Shown here: positions 38,304 through 50,607 of the stretch, piece after piece | Layout: each line of letters begins with the position of its first letter | How positions within the stretch are numbered: the first letter of the stretch is position 1 | Assembly: GCA_030704615.1 (NCBI GenBank) | Contig: CM060734.1 | Location: 35,340,001 to 35,404,000, forward strand | Origin: Takakia lepidozioides | Lineage: Eukaryota > Plantae > Bryophyta | Direction: 5' to 3' | DNA length: 64,000 bases | The notes under the pieces: generated by a model | The model's input: the letters and a program-made list of their open reading frames with translations, nothing else | The model's database searches: none | Told to the model about the DNA's origin: nothing | Position numbers and translations under genes: made by a program

Positions 38304-39795
38304 ATGGCGTATTTTGCAAAGCTGGGCGGTGTGATGCGCCAGTCTGTGGCGCGCTCCATGTTGCTGCAAAATGGAGCTGGAGCCGCAGCTCTGCCTGCTG
38401 TGTATCTCTTGCAGCGCGGCATGTCTTCGCATAAGCTCTTCGTTGGGGGTGGGTTGTCTCTTTGCTCTCATTCTTCTAAACCCTATTTTTTCTCCTCCTG
38501 CACCTCCTGTTGCACTTTTGCGCTCTGTAAGGTAGCACCTCGCGAAGGGGAGTCGGGGTGGGGTTGGAGGAGAGGTTGCAAGGGGGAAAAAGGGGGCGGA
38601 GTGAGACGTGGTGCAGACGACGTGGTACGGTTGTTTGTGTAGGAGAACCCTCACGGCCTATCATTTCTTCGGCTCTCACTGCGGAGTCGCTGTTAGAGCT
38701 TTTCAAGCGCTTGGTAATTTGTGTTTGATGTAAATTGGTGTGGTTAGCTGTAGGGAGTTCTCTTTGAACATACAGCTGTGCGTGCGGCCCGTTGTCTAAC
38801 AGCAACGTTTCCTGTTGGCTAATGTAGGCCTTGCCTGGGGAACTGATGAGACAAGTCTCAGGGACGCCTTCTCATCTTTTGGTGAAGTGACTGAAGGTGC
38901 GTCAGATACATGCATGTGTTGACATTCTCGTTTTCCTAGGGCCTGAAGTAGTGCTTCAGGCGTGTTGTATCATGCATTCTTAAAACCTGAGGTGGCTGAT
39001 GAAATTGCAGAGTTTACATTTGATGTACGTCCTTGTTGAGGCCGTTAGTGGTGAGGGCTTCGTCGCCTTCTTTGCCTTCTTCCTTTGTCTTTCTTGACAT
39101 TTGCACGTTGGCTTTTTTGCAGTCAAAATTATCTGTGATAGGGACACTGGTAGGTCCAGGGGTTTTGGGTTTGTGAGCTTCAGTTCCGACAAAGAGGCCG
39201 AAGCCGCCCTCCAAGAGATGGATGGCCGGGTAAGTTCACTTTTTGTGAGGCTCCCACGCGTCGTCCATGTTACACCTTTTTCCTCATTTGATGTTTGCAT
39301 GTGAGTCCCGGATTTGCTATATCGCTCTCTCAGGTTTGTGGGTTCTACAGAGTATCACTGTTATTCATTCTATTCTTGTTTAGCGTTTCGTTGGTAGGGG
39401 TTGTCAAGTTGAAGGTTTCAGAGTGAAGTTTTATCCTTGTGGGGAGGCTTTGAGTCCTGCTCTGCCAGGACGGGTAGTGGTGTATCAGGTGTTAGTTGGC
39501 AACAGATGTGTTGAGTAACTAGGGATGATGTGCAATGCAGGAGTTGGCAGGCCGGTCCATTCGGGTGGATTACGCCACAGAAAGATCTGGTGGTGGTATG
39601 TCACGTGGGTTTGGGTCTACCAGCGGTGGGTATGGGGGTGGTTCAGCATATGGTGGTGGCCCTTCAGGCTATGGCTCTGGTGGTGGTCTACCATATGGGG
39701 GTGGCCCTTCAAGTGGAGGTATACCTCCACCACTCCGTGATGACGAAGGCGAAGAAGGTAGTAACTTAGGTGGCAGCAACTGGAGGGGAATGTAA
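38304..39795 (+). CDS. Glycine-rich RNA-binding protein, probably mitochondrial (GR-RBP2/ORRM-like), 4 exons
   Basis: Presequence, RNP2 KLFVGGLAWGT, RNP1 [10 protein letters not shown], Gly/Tyr-rich tail. Exons 38304-38448, 38828-38896, 39123-39229, 39541-39795. Confidence 0.93.
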
Positions 39796-41916
39796 AGTTC
39801 TGGCACTTCCAGCTCATCAACTTTGGTGCCAGAGTGCAATTGTGAGCATATCACACCTGATCATCAGTTTGATACTAATCTTTTAATAGGGGAAATACTT
39901 TTTGAGGACTTGGCAGAAGCATGATTTCCCTTCCTGAGCATATTGCATTTCATGTCTTGATGAGCTTATGGTCAGGACTCTTACATCTGAGGTAGGTCAC
40001 CGCCCTCAAAGCTACCCCAGGTCAGAGCTGATATGTTAACAGAGCCTCGCAATGGCTGTAGTGGCGGTGGTTTGTTGTGTCATACCTTTCTGAGGAGGTT
40101 TAGACCTGTACTCCTGGAAGGATATGTACTAGCATAGCTTGAGTTTTTGTGGCATCGCACGAGTGGGCACATCTAATTTTGTAAGGATAGGTAAATAAGT
40201 TCTGCTGAACTGGTCAGTGTCTCCTGAAATGCTGACACTGAAAACTTGCATATCAATTTACTCCATTCAAAGTTTCTGTGTCAAATTGTCAGATGTCGAT
40301 ATGGACACTGAAACAAGTTACAATTACTTGTCTGTCGTGTATTGTGTGTGATCAATCGTGACATTTCAGATGTTTTGAAGTAAGGTACAGAGGGAATCTC
40401 AGGAGGAAATTACGAAGGTATGAAGTGTGGAATGAGAACAGGGATGTACTATCCTGTGTCAAATGGAAAGCTGATTGCTGGATGGGTTAGTTTTGCCCAC
40501 TTGGGGAAGTCTTCCAATGATCATCTCTGGTAAAATCTTCACCTGAAAAACAGAGAAGGGAATGAGGTAATGGTGGTAGCAAGAGTTTTGTATTTATGGT
40601 TTTGATGCTCAACATTATGTGATGTGATGTTTATGTTTATTTTTAGTTTGAAAGATAGGTTACACATGTTCCCTTACCTTTCGTCTCATGCAAACAACAC
40701 TTGATTCACGTCTATTCAATTTGACGTACTGTTGCTAACTACACTCCAGCTGTGACTTGGAAAGGCTGGATGACAGTCAGTTTTAGTGTATTTGTCTTGA
40801 GATGCAGAGTCACTTTCACTGTAAAGGTGTGAGCCATGTGAGCCAGATGAAATTATCCTTCATAAGGGCAGAGTGGCCCCTCAAATTTGAGGTTTACAGC
40901 TAACACTTGATGTTGAGGTAGGCTTTCTAATTATTAGCTGGCTGGAGGGATTGATTTACTGTATCATTCACTCATAACTTCACGAGAAAATTTCTAACTA
41001 CAGGGCCATCTCTCCTGGTAGGTGGCACACGTGGACTGAGTTTGAGATGAATCCCCTTTCTGGTGGTGCTTGCATTGATATGGTGGATTGTCAATTGAAC
41101 GATGTTAAACACATCATTGTCCATGAGGTTATGAAATTTTTGAGAAACTTGACCTACAGTAAGTTACCTAACATCGACATGCGGTGTGTTGATTGATTGA
41201 CAGAGTTATCTGGCTTCATATCATAACTTGTCAATGAATGTCTTACAAAGAAGGCTTTCTAAATGGGAAGAGACACACGTGCCTTTCACTTAAGTCACGT
41301 TTGCTATCTAATTACATTTCTCCTTAGATGGTTGTTGACCAGAGTTTAGACATGAAGTTGACAGCCAATTTAATGTGAGTCTCTCTTCGTGCTTTTTTCC
41401 TTTTTTAAATTAAAGGAAAGGGGACGGTTTAAAAGAAAGGGAGGGCATTTTGTAGTTGCACACAAAGATATCTTCATGATCAAACTCTTATTACTTGACA
41501 TTTAAAGAGTATACTTGTCCACTCTCCCAGCAAGGCTTGAAATCACTACACACTGTATGTATCATTTGTATTGTGGATGTCGCTGTGTCCACCAGGCCCA
41601 GCCCAACAAGCTCAAGAGAAGATGTTAGTGATTAAAAGTCCAAAATCTGCTACCTAGGCATTGACGTTATACTTCAGCAAAATATTAGAGGCCTTAAAAA
41701 TCCTGTGCAGAAGGCTGAGAGTCCCCATGCAAGTAAGCCAGCCCCCTTCCTGCCCATAGAGCAATCCTTATTCGTGTGGGCCACTCCAGTGGACCACGTG
41801 GTGCAACAAGAATAGTATCATAAAGGCTGATTGTAGTGTGGTCCCACAACACATCATATTGAACTCACAGCGACGTTTATCTTCAAGTTCACCCATTTAC
41901 TAGGCCACCATGTGGG

Positions 41917-42208
41917 CAATGTTTTTTTTTTTTTTTTCAAATTTTGAAAAGAACAGGACTGGCTACTGAGTTTTGCAGGAAATAGCCATATTTTCTGCTC
42001 ATCCACTGAAATTTGGACAGAATCATCCTCCTCTGTACTTTCATCCACGTATATTATCCATATTAGGCGAATTCATCCAATTTTTATTTTATTTTTTGAG
42101 AATTGTGGCGATTTCATCCATGAGAAAACAGGGAATTTACGACAGAATATTCGATTTTGATTTTTGAGGTCGAAAAAGTGCGAAATTTCGCCAGAAATAA
42201 AAACACTG
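41917..42208. mobile_element. 292-bp non-autonomous hAT-type MITE
   Basis: Imperfect TIRs CAATGTTTTT / AAAAACACTG flanked by a perfect 8-bp TSD CATGTGGG (41909-41916, 42209-42216). Confidence 0.85.
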
Positions 42209-42216
42209 CATGTGGG

Positions 42217-42384
42217 CAAGGAGAGATAAGGTTTCTTTAACGTCCAGTGAATTTACAGAGCCTACAGGGCCCAATGGAGGGCCCAATGGATGGTCTGAAG
42301 GCACATGTTGAAGGATTGAACCCAGGATCACCTAGGTTATGCACAGGCAAGGCACAAACACCCAACCACTGGGCTACCTGCTCA
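42217..42384 (-). mobile_element. tRNA-derived SINE-like element
   Basis: Minus-strand A box TAGCCCAGTGG (42376-42366) and B box GGTTCAATCC (42322-42313), no complete cloverleaf. Boundaries approximate. Confidence 0.6.
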
Positions 42385-42905
42385 AGAGTGAGAATGTGCT
42401 CATGTAGTCTCTCTTCCTGCCAAAGTGGGCATGGGGTCTATGGCCACAATGCTACAGCAAACGTCTTATGCGTGGAACAGAGAGAGAGAGAGAAAAAACA
42501 AAGACACCAACCATTCTGCTCCAAAACACTAACCCCTGGTGCATAATGTAGGTGATGTCAAGTACAGAATCACAGGTGCAACCAGCCTATATCTGATGTG
42601 GCATGCAGAGAAGGGAGCCTGATACATTTTGTTACAAAAATCTGCCAAACTACATTCAAGTAAATTGGATCCGGGGCTTCATCTTGTATGGCTTTCACCA
42701 AATGCACAAGTCTACTTTAATAATACATCTCCAAACGGTGTAGGCGCTTGGGATGTATGTGCAGACACATACTTGGACTTCAAGTCTAGTGAGTAAATCT
42801 GATCCAAGCAGTGCATGACGTTCTATTGAAACTTCCAGTCCTCCCACCTTGCATCAAATTTACTCTCGGTAGTGAAGTGCTATCGCATATTTACCTTGTA
42901 TGGTA

Positions 42906-43053
42906 TTATACAAAGTGTGCAGAGATCTGATCAGAAGTGCTACTCAAGAGGGCACATTCACGCTCCAATGTGCACTTGCCCTCCTGTCCTGGACCCACAA
43001 TGATGCACCATTCATGGAAAAATCCACTTGCCGTCACCACAAATGTCCTGGCT
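42906..43053 (-). pseudogene. Isolated terminal exon resembling ATG18b (WIPI/PROPPIN) C-terminus
   Basis: ttttgcag acceptor, then ARTFVVTASGFFHEWCIIVG..GKCTLERECALL, similar to the recalled plant ATG18b C-terminus (ITYNGYFQEY..WTLEREFNL). No upstream exons found. Confidence 0.5.
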
Positions 43054-43109
43054 CTGCAAAAGGAACCACCCCATTGCATCTTTTCATCCCACGTGCAAGC
43101 CACTTGATG

Positions 43110-43290
43110 TAAGGTGGAGGAAAAATTTCAGAGTCTCCAACCCACGCCCCTGCTGTGCATACCCTGCAAGCATCGCACTCCACGACACCACATCTCGTTC
43201 AGCCATAGTGTTGAACACTCCCTTTGCATCCTCGATGCACCCACATTTGGCATACATGTCCACCATGGCAGTGTTCAGAATGACATCTGG
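43110..43290 (-). pseudogene. PLS-class PPR fragment (S-P motifs)
   Basis: DVILNTAMVDMYAKCGCIEDAKGVFNTMAERDVVSWSAMLAGYAQQGRGLETLKFF. Confidence 0.9.
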
Positions 43291-43299
43291 TAGTTTGAC

Positions 43300-44470
43300 A
43301 GGCATTCACCTTTTTGCCTCGGTTGTCCCACCATTGACTGGGGTCAGAAAAGTATTCATTCCACAGCTTCTCCTCATCTCTGTTACCTGTTTTTGGATAC
43401 TTTCCTGTTGTCACATTGGCAGTATCATGTCAAAGTCACTCCAAACTAGATTCACTCAACCAGCTAACCTGCAGAATTCAACATGGAAATTTAGGGCCGA
43501 TTCTGATAAGAGGGAAAAACAGGGTGAAATGTGTTGAAGAAGGTGCCTTCATTAGCAGTGCCTAATTTTATCAATTCTACCGCTGCTGCTGCGGCTTCCA
43601 GTTGACCATCCACCCATGCAGGTTTGTAGCTATCCTTCCACAGGGCATCATAGGACTTGCGTCTGCTTCCAACAGGCATTCACCTTTTTGCCTCGATTGT
43701 TCCACCATTGACTGAGATCGGAAACATATTCGTTCCAGAGCTTCTTCTCGTCTCTGTTATCTGTTTTTCGATACTTTCCTGTTGCCACATTGGCAGTAAC
43801 ATGTCAAAATCACTTTAAAGCCACCATAGATCCACCAACAAGGTAACTTGCAGAATTCAACATGAAATTTAGGGATGACTCTGATAACAGGGAAAACAGG
43901 CTGAAATGTGTTGAAGAAGGTGCCTTCATTAGCAGTGCCTTGTTCTATCAATTGTGCTGCTGCAAAGCTGCTGTTTCCAGTTGACCATCTATCCACGCAG
44001 ATTTCTTGTAGCTATTGATCCACAGGGAATCAGAAGTAATCTTGTGTTTGAAATCCGGCCCTCTTGGATGAATCTGGACCTCTATCCCTGGTCCTTCAGC
44101 TATCCCTATCATGAATACATCCTCAGCCTTGCTGCTAGCAGCTGACACGGACCCTACTTATTACAGTAGTTCCAATTCTGAAGTGCATCTGCTTCTCTCT
44201 GTAGTCCAATAGGCATTCACCTTTTTGTCTCCATTGTCCCACCACTGACTGGGTCAGAAAAGTGTTCACTCCAACGCTTCTCCTCATCTCTGTTATCTGT
44301 TTTTGGATACTTTCCTGCTGCCACATGGGCAGTAACTTGTCAAAGTCACTCCAAACCACCACAGATCCAACAAGCTAACTTGCAGAATTCAATATGCATC
44401 TCAGGGCTGAGTCTGATGAGGGCAAAACAGGCTGAAATAGGTCAAAGAAGAAAGTGCCCTCACCACATTG
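43300..44470 (-). pseudogene. Triplicated, degenerate OSB-type PDF-motif exon units
   Basis: Three DNA repeats anchored at ~43301, ~43676 and ~44212. Removing intron 44220-44074 gives WWDN..KK|IHPRGPDFKHKITSDSLWINSYKKSAWIDGQLE. Confidence 0.8.
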
Positions 44471-45189
44471 TCCTTGAATAGAGATGCATGACAACTCTGC
44501 CTCTAGCAAGCATTGCTGAATCTCGAACACTTCAAGCACACCACCTGTCACGGCACGGCGTGTCCCCAGCATGATAATAAGCCCAGGTTGTGATAGAGCC
44601 AGTTTGATAGTATGATGTGCTACTGCTCCCAGGCTTATGCATAAGCCCTGGGGAGGTATCCAAGAAGAACAGAGAGGAAGGGCCCCTTTTAAACCAGCAG
44701 GATGGGCTGCTATGGTGGGGGCGCATACACGTACTTCTTTGCTGCAAACCTAGGCCACAAAACCATCCTCAATGCCCCCACACGCTAGTGTTGAGGCCCA
44801 TGGCTGAAAGCCAATAGCATCTGTGATGTCAACAAATTTTGAGACCAACAGAGAGGACTCATGTCTCTAGAACAAACGACATCACAAAGAAGGCGTGGTA
44901 TTGGTCCTTGCGGCACAGGCGCATTGTGTATATGCCTGTCACACCCTGGGAGCCCACAATTTTTACAAGTGTTTGCTTTAATGGCAGAGATGTACATTGC
45001 AACAACAAATATGCATCTTTCTAACCATGGAAACATGTTGCAAAATTGAAAGAGGGAATTCAACTCAAATCAATAGTAGATGTTCACAATCAGATTGTCC
45101 ATGTCCATCCATTCATAGGCTGAGCAATCACAGGCCAAACATTTAATCCTGGTAGGTGAAGTTCCTTGTTCTAACCTGAAGACTTTCAT

Positions 45190-45800
45190 GCCTGATATAT
45201 AGGAGAAGTGGTTAGCAGTTTTTCAACACTGATTCCATTGCAAACGATACGCAAAGACCCTTCTGCACCGCAGCATGCAAACATCTGGGCCTGCTTCTCC
45301 CCATGGTAGTCACCTAATGCAAAATCCACAATTGGAGCCAAGTTCTGAATAAGACTGCAACAAGTCAGAGTGCCACTGACACTGCACCGGAGAACCTGGC
45401 CATCGGCCATCTCCACCAACACAGCAAGGAAACCTCCCTTTGTCCTCAGAACTACATTGTAAGGGGAGCATATGTATTGACATTGTCTCACTTGAATTTG
45501 TGGAACCCCCTCCTGTGCTTGAACGTCTACCTGTGCAATATGAATTCCCCTGTATCCATGGCAAGTGCCAATCTAGGTCGATCGCCCCCATCTGGCTCCC
45601 AAATCCATGCAGTGATGGTTGGTAAAGAGGAGACATCCCCATCCACATCCATTGCCTCTGAGGTTTCCCCATCGCTCATATAAGCAATATACTGATTACA
45701 TGTTGCATACCTTCCTCTAGACAGAAGCTCAAGCAAGGCAGATGCTGCAACACTGTTCGAGCTCCCTTCTTCTTCATCTAATTTTCTTCGAAACTTGTAC
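45190..45800 (-). pseudogene. Internal fragment of an RSE1/SF3B3/DDB1-family beta-propeller gene, frameshifted
   Basis: DEEEG..VAASALLEL, WIWEP, MDTGEF, GGFLAVLVEMADG, IQNLAPIVD, QMFACCG.EGSLRIVCNGISVEKLL.TSPIYQ. The rest of the gene is absent. Confidence 0.8.
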
Positions 45801-47387
45801 ACAGCAGCTGTGCGGGAATGCGGGAGTTCTCAGATCAAGAAGCAAGAAGTCCGCTGAGAAGGACAAACCCCAGCTGTGCAAATTCCCGGTGCAAATTCCC
45901 GGTGATTTTCGGGTTTGACGACGACAATGACGTGGCTACGAAACGTGGCGATGATGACGTCGTGACGATGACGTGGCACTATGGCACCCTATTCCTGCTC
46001 TACGCTAAACCAACCAGCTTATGACCTTCGGTCGTCGCTAGAATAATACTCGCCAAAAGATGGTGTTGCTTTGAAATTCTCTCGGACCGAAGCTCTGCTG
46101 CATCTGTGTAATCCCCTTAAGGTATTCAAAGTATACTACATGCTAGACTGCGGTGCTTTTTACCCCCTGAAGTTTCATTGGCCATATTTTGTCTTCCAAC
46201 CTCCCCCTAAATATCATGCGCAAATATTTCCAGCTCCAGGGTCTGTCCCCTCTTCCTCTCCCTCTCTTCCTATACGTGACATTTCCAGCTCCAGGCTTTG
46301 TCTTGTCTTCCTCTTCCTCTCTTCCTCAATAGGTGATTCCAGGCTCTCTTTTTCGATACATTCAACATTCGGTATCATACCCCTCTCCACGAGGACCTTC
46401 ATTGTCTCCATTCATCGTTTATCAGCGACGAGGGATCACCATATTCTTCTTTGAGTTGTGCCCTTCTCTCCCTAACTTTTTCCACAAAGCATTCGATCCT
46501 CATAATTATTTCCAGGCTACATGGTTCCTTCTTGAGGGTGAGGCTCTTTGCTTGATCCACTCTACTTTGTACATGTATAGTTCGTCGAGCCCGACTTCGG
46601 ACGTAGTGGATCCAGAGCGTCGAGCCTTCTTTCCCAAAAACAAAAATCAATCAGAACGAAGAATTTCGTTTTCATTGCAAACTGAAACACTATTCTATGC
46701 TACAGTCATTCAAAGAACGAGGAGCACTCCTACTTTGACAAAAATTCCAAAGCTTGAATCAGAACTCACCCATTTTGCTTCTGCTTCTTATAAGCGATTG
46801 TCAGCAGAACGTTTCTCACTCATTGTAATCTTCCACTTCAACGAACAGTTGCGATTGAACTGTTTACGCTGAATTGACGTGATCCTGACCTCTTGGGAAT
46901 TTCCAAGAATCGTGGGTCAAATCCATGGCAAGTTCTCATGTTAGTCCTTAGGCTGCGGAAACACATTATTTTACTTGTGGATGACTAGCCCCCGTTTGTG
47001 GGAAATGAGCAAAAAAACAAGTCCTCCTCAACACCCTTCGTTGTGCTCCTGGAACCCCCCGCTCTGTAGAAGAACCGCTCTTCCATTGCCAAGATCCACA
47101 AGTAAGGATGCGACGTTGAGGAAAACGTTCCCACAATACAAGTGTACTAACAAAAGAATTTCACACCACCACCTATGAATCAACTACACAACACAGATCT
47201 TTGCTCTAGCAAGTTCTTTCTCAAGTTCTGTCAAACCTTGGCCATCTTCTGGCTTACCATCTTGTGGCACTCTCTTGGACCTCATAGACTTCCTTCTTTT
47301 CTTTCTTTCATTGTTTCCTCTCTTCACCTTTCTCTCTCTCACGCGCGCGGCAGCACATCGGCACGCTAGCGCCGCCTCCAATACACC

Positions 47388-48589
47388 ATGACGTCCTCCA
47401 AATGCCAAAGGACGGTTGGCGAGGAGGCAGACTCCCCATCTCCCTCACCCCGACCTGATTCCCCTCTGCTTCTTCTTCCTGCCCCGGTCTCTCAACAGGC
47501 CTCTCCTTTGCGTTAGTACTCCACAAGGAGTGATGATGTTCAAACGCTTCAGGACCAAATCACCATCTTACAAACGAAATGCATCTCGGAGGAGACTCTG
47601 CAGCAAGTGCTCGCTGACCGAGACAAAGACTCGGAGGAGCAGTTGGCTTCCCTAGACAAAGACTGGAAGACGCGGATGGCTTCCCTAAACAAAGACTGGG
47701 AGAAGCGCATGGCTTCCTTGGACAAAAATTGGCAGAAGCGTATGACAGACAGAGACACAGACTTGGAGAAGTCGTTGGACAATATGCGAGTTCGGGACAG
47801 TGCTTTGCGGGCCTCTCTTCAGGAGTGCAATAGCAAATTTCAAGGTCTGTCGAAACATCTCAATGACAAATCCACACACACGCGTCTTTCAAAACTTGAA
47901 GGCGAAGTGAAGACTTTTGCAGAGAAGAGCCTCCCAGATCCCCTCACGGCAAGCATCCACCTGTAGGTGGAATCCCTTAGCAAAGAGCTGGAAACACACA
48001 GAACTGTGATGTCTACAATGGCTCGGGAGCTCCAAACTCACAAGGCAGAGGCCTCCTCATGGGCTAATATAGTTAAGGGGAGCACATCCAACAACAGTCC
48101 TCATTCTCTAGAGGAGACAGTCTCGACTACTTTGCGAGAGGAACAGCAACGGGCTTTCAAAGCCCTTAACATCAGGGTCATTGGGAAGCTAGGGAGCCTT
48201 GCAGAGGGGGACCCTCTTGACGCTGCCACCAACCTTATTCAGCAAAACCTTGCTCTACCACGGGGAGCGAGTGGCATTGAAAGGGCTTAGCGTGCAGGAT
48301 CTTCAGAGCACAAAATCCTCTTCATTAGATTCAAGAACAAAGGTGCTTGGGATAGGGTCATCAGGCAGAGGCCTCAATTGAGAGATCAGGGTATATACCT
48401 CAACGATGACTTGACCCATTTGCAATACAACGCCATGCGGGCGCAACTCTTGCAGGTTAAGCAAGCTCGAGCTCAGGGGCACTATGTCGTGTACCAGGAG
48501 GGGAGGGTAATTGTCCGGGAGCACGAGCGTCGCCCCTCTAGCTCTAAATAGGGGTTGGGGCACCATGAGACCAACGCACGTTCACATCT
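47388..48589 (+). mobile_element. 5' part of a LINE: decayed ORF1 (47388-48551) and the first codons of a putative ORF2
   Basis: One 388-codon frame with 3 internal TAG: coiled coil, SWANIVKG, LNIRVIG, ILFIRFKN, GIYLNDDLT (typical non-LTR ORF1). An ATG at ~48565 is cut by the CACTA TIR. Confidence 0.75.
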
Positions 48590-48619
48590 CACTATAGAAA
48601 AAAAAAGGGGGGGGGGGGT

Positions 48620-49480
48620 TCGACGCCGTAGCCACACCGCAGCGTCGTAAAACAGCTTGTCGGGCAGGGGGGGAAACCCAAATTTGCGACGCCCGGGCGT
48701 CACAAGCCCGTCACAAGGGCGTCGCCAAAAGGACATCGCAAATTTGCAAATAGGCGAAACCGCGATTTGCGACGCCCGGGCGTCGGAAAAAAAAACAAAA
48801 AAACAAAAAAACAAAAAAAAACCTACTTTGCAATACATAATTAGCACCGTCCGGGGGTCGCAAAGTGCGACGCCCAGACATCACAATTTAAGGGGGTACA
48901 TTTGAATTTAGGCGGGAAAATTTGAATTTGAAATTTAAATTTCAAAAACTTGTTGATCATTGACTCCAGTTCTGTCTAATGGCGATATGTTCATTGTTCT
49001 ACATATATCATGTTATGCATACTTGAACCTAAGACCTCCACGTTATAACATTTCTAAGACACTACAAACTAACCAACACACCTACGCTACATCTATGTAT
49101 CACAAAAGCAATCTAAATATATATATATACACATATAAAGATTTCCTTCAAGAGCCTTCAAGTTCTTTCTAAGGGGGTCTCTCTTGTGACACCGGGGAGT
49201 TGCAACCTCCATAGCCTTAGTGCCCAGCCCCAGCATCGTCGCCGTTGTTGCACCCCCCCACCGCCAGGCGTCCCAAGCGACGTCCTTGTGATGACCTCAG
49301 CTGACCACAACACCATTGCGACCCTCTGTGGCGACGCCGTTGCTATCCCCTGGCGTCGCAACGTTGGGTGTCCCAATGCGGGGCGCCCCAGTGATGCTTT
49401 TGTGAACTTGAGGATGTAAAGCCCAAAAAAAAAAAAAAAAAAACTCCCACTATGGTGATGCTGTTGCGACGCCCTGGCAT
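48620..49480. repeat. CACTA subterminal repeats (TGCGACGCCC core, both orientations)
   Basis: TGCGACGCCC at ~48685, ~48768, ~48866 and ~49465, inverted GGGCGTC copies and palindromic GACGCCCGGGCGTC. Confidence 0.8.
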
Positions 49481-50607
49481 TGCAGAGGCATTCACTAGAA
49501 GCATTCGTGTCATTTACCACTGGGTAACGACTCATTTTGAGTCGTAAAAGTCAAAAAACTGGGATCGACTGGAAGTTACAACAGACTAGTTACAACAGAC
49601 GTGGTAGTTGGGTTGGACATCCAATGATTGGAGTGGTAAAGGACGCAGACGCGCGAACAACTGCTCAGCAATTAATGCGATTAATGTTGAAGAACCATGT
49701 GGCGTAACCAGGCGGGCCGCCCGTGTGTCTGACTTTTTGGGCTGACTTTGACTTTTCTCTCCGAATGAGTGGACTGACTCACCCGGGGCGCGGTGACACA
49801 TGGACGCGGACGTGGATGCCGATGTGGCGGCGCCGCGATGAGCGGCAATGCTGCCGCGTGGCCACGGACCCAAGACGCCACATCGCAGTCGGCCACATCA
49901 CTTGGAGTGCTGCATGTGACGTCGCAACAGCCACTGGCGAAGTCGACTGCACAACTTCCGGCAGACAAATCCACGGGGACCACGTGGAGAGTGTGTGGGT
50001 CGACGCGTGGCGTCGTCCCCACGCAATGGCAGTGACGGGTACGACTGCTAGTGGAAAGACGCAGAGTGTTTGTGCCATCTCGGGACTGCTTTGGCCAACT
50101 CCGCTGCCACTGTGCTAGTTGGTTGCACTACAGTAGGAAAGCACGAAAAATGGGCACTTGTAGTGGTTTGTGTGAGTTTCCAACTGACCTGCATTCTAAG
50201 CTGAAAATATGGTTCTGATGCATTCTACTGGTTTTTAGTGGTTCACCCATATGCAGGGGGAATTGAGAAGCAATGATACTGGGCGAGACTCAGAACACAG
50301 ACCACGATGCATGCACAACATCACGCTAATGAGCCAAATAGACGAGGCAACAGGGAGACCAAAGACCATCACACATACACATAGAAGGTGGACAGACACG
50401 ACGACAAGTCAGGAAATGTGATATTACATTCAAATTAGAGACCGTCAAGGCACACCTGCATATAAGCAAGACTAAATGCCAACATACATGGTTGTTGGAC
50501 ATCACTTAAACTGTCTTGGCCCAAATGTTCAAAACTGGTAACGTGAGTATCATACATACTTCTATGAGTATCATTACACACCCAACAGGGACTACAAACA
50601 TGAAATG

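Noticed and set aside
40440-41700. Scattered minus-strand splice-like sites
   Set aside because: No coherent reading frame or recognisable protein could be assembled.
42300-42384. Functional tRNA gene
   Set aside because: A and B boxes are present, but no acceptor or anticodon stems could be formed. Treated as SINE-like.
44546-44960. TGTCAC-starting segment as a solo LTR, with a palindrome at ~44628-44651
   Set aside because: No matching CA end with a TSD, PBS or PPT was found.
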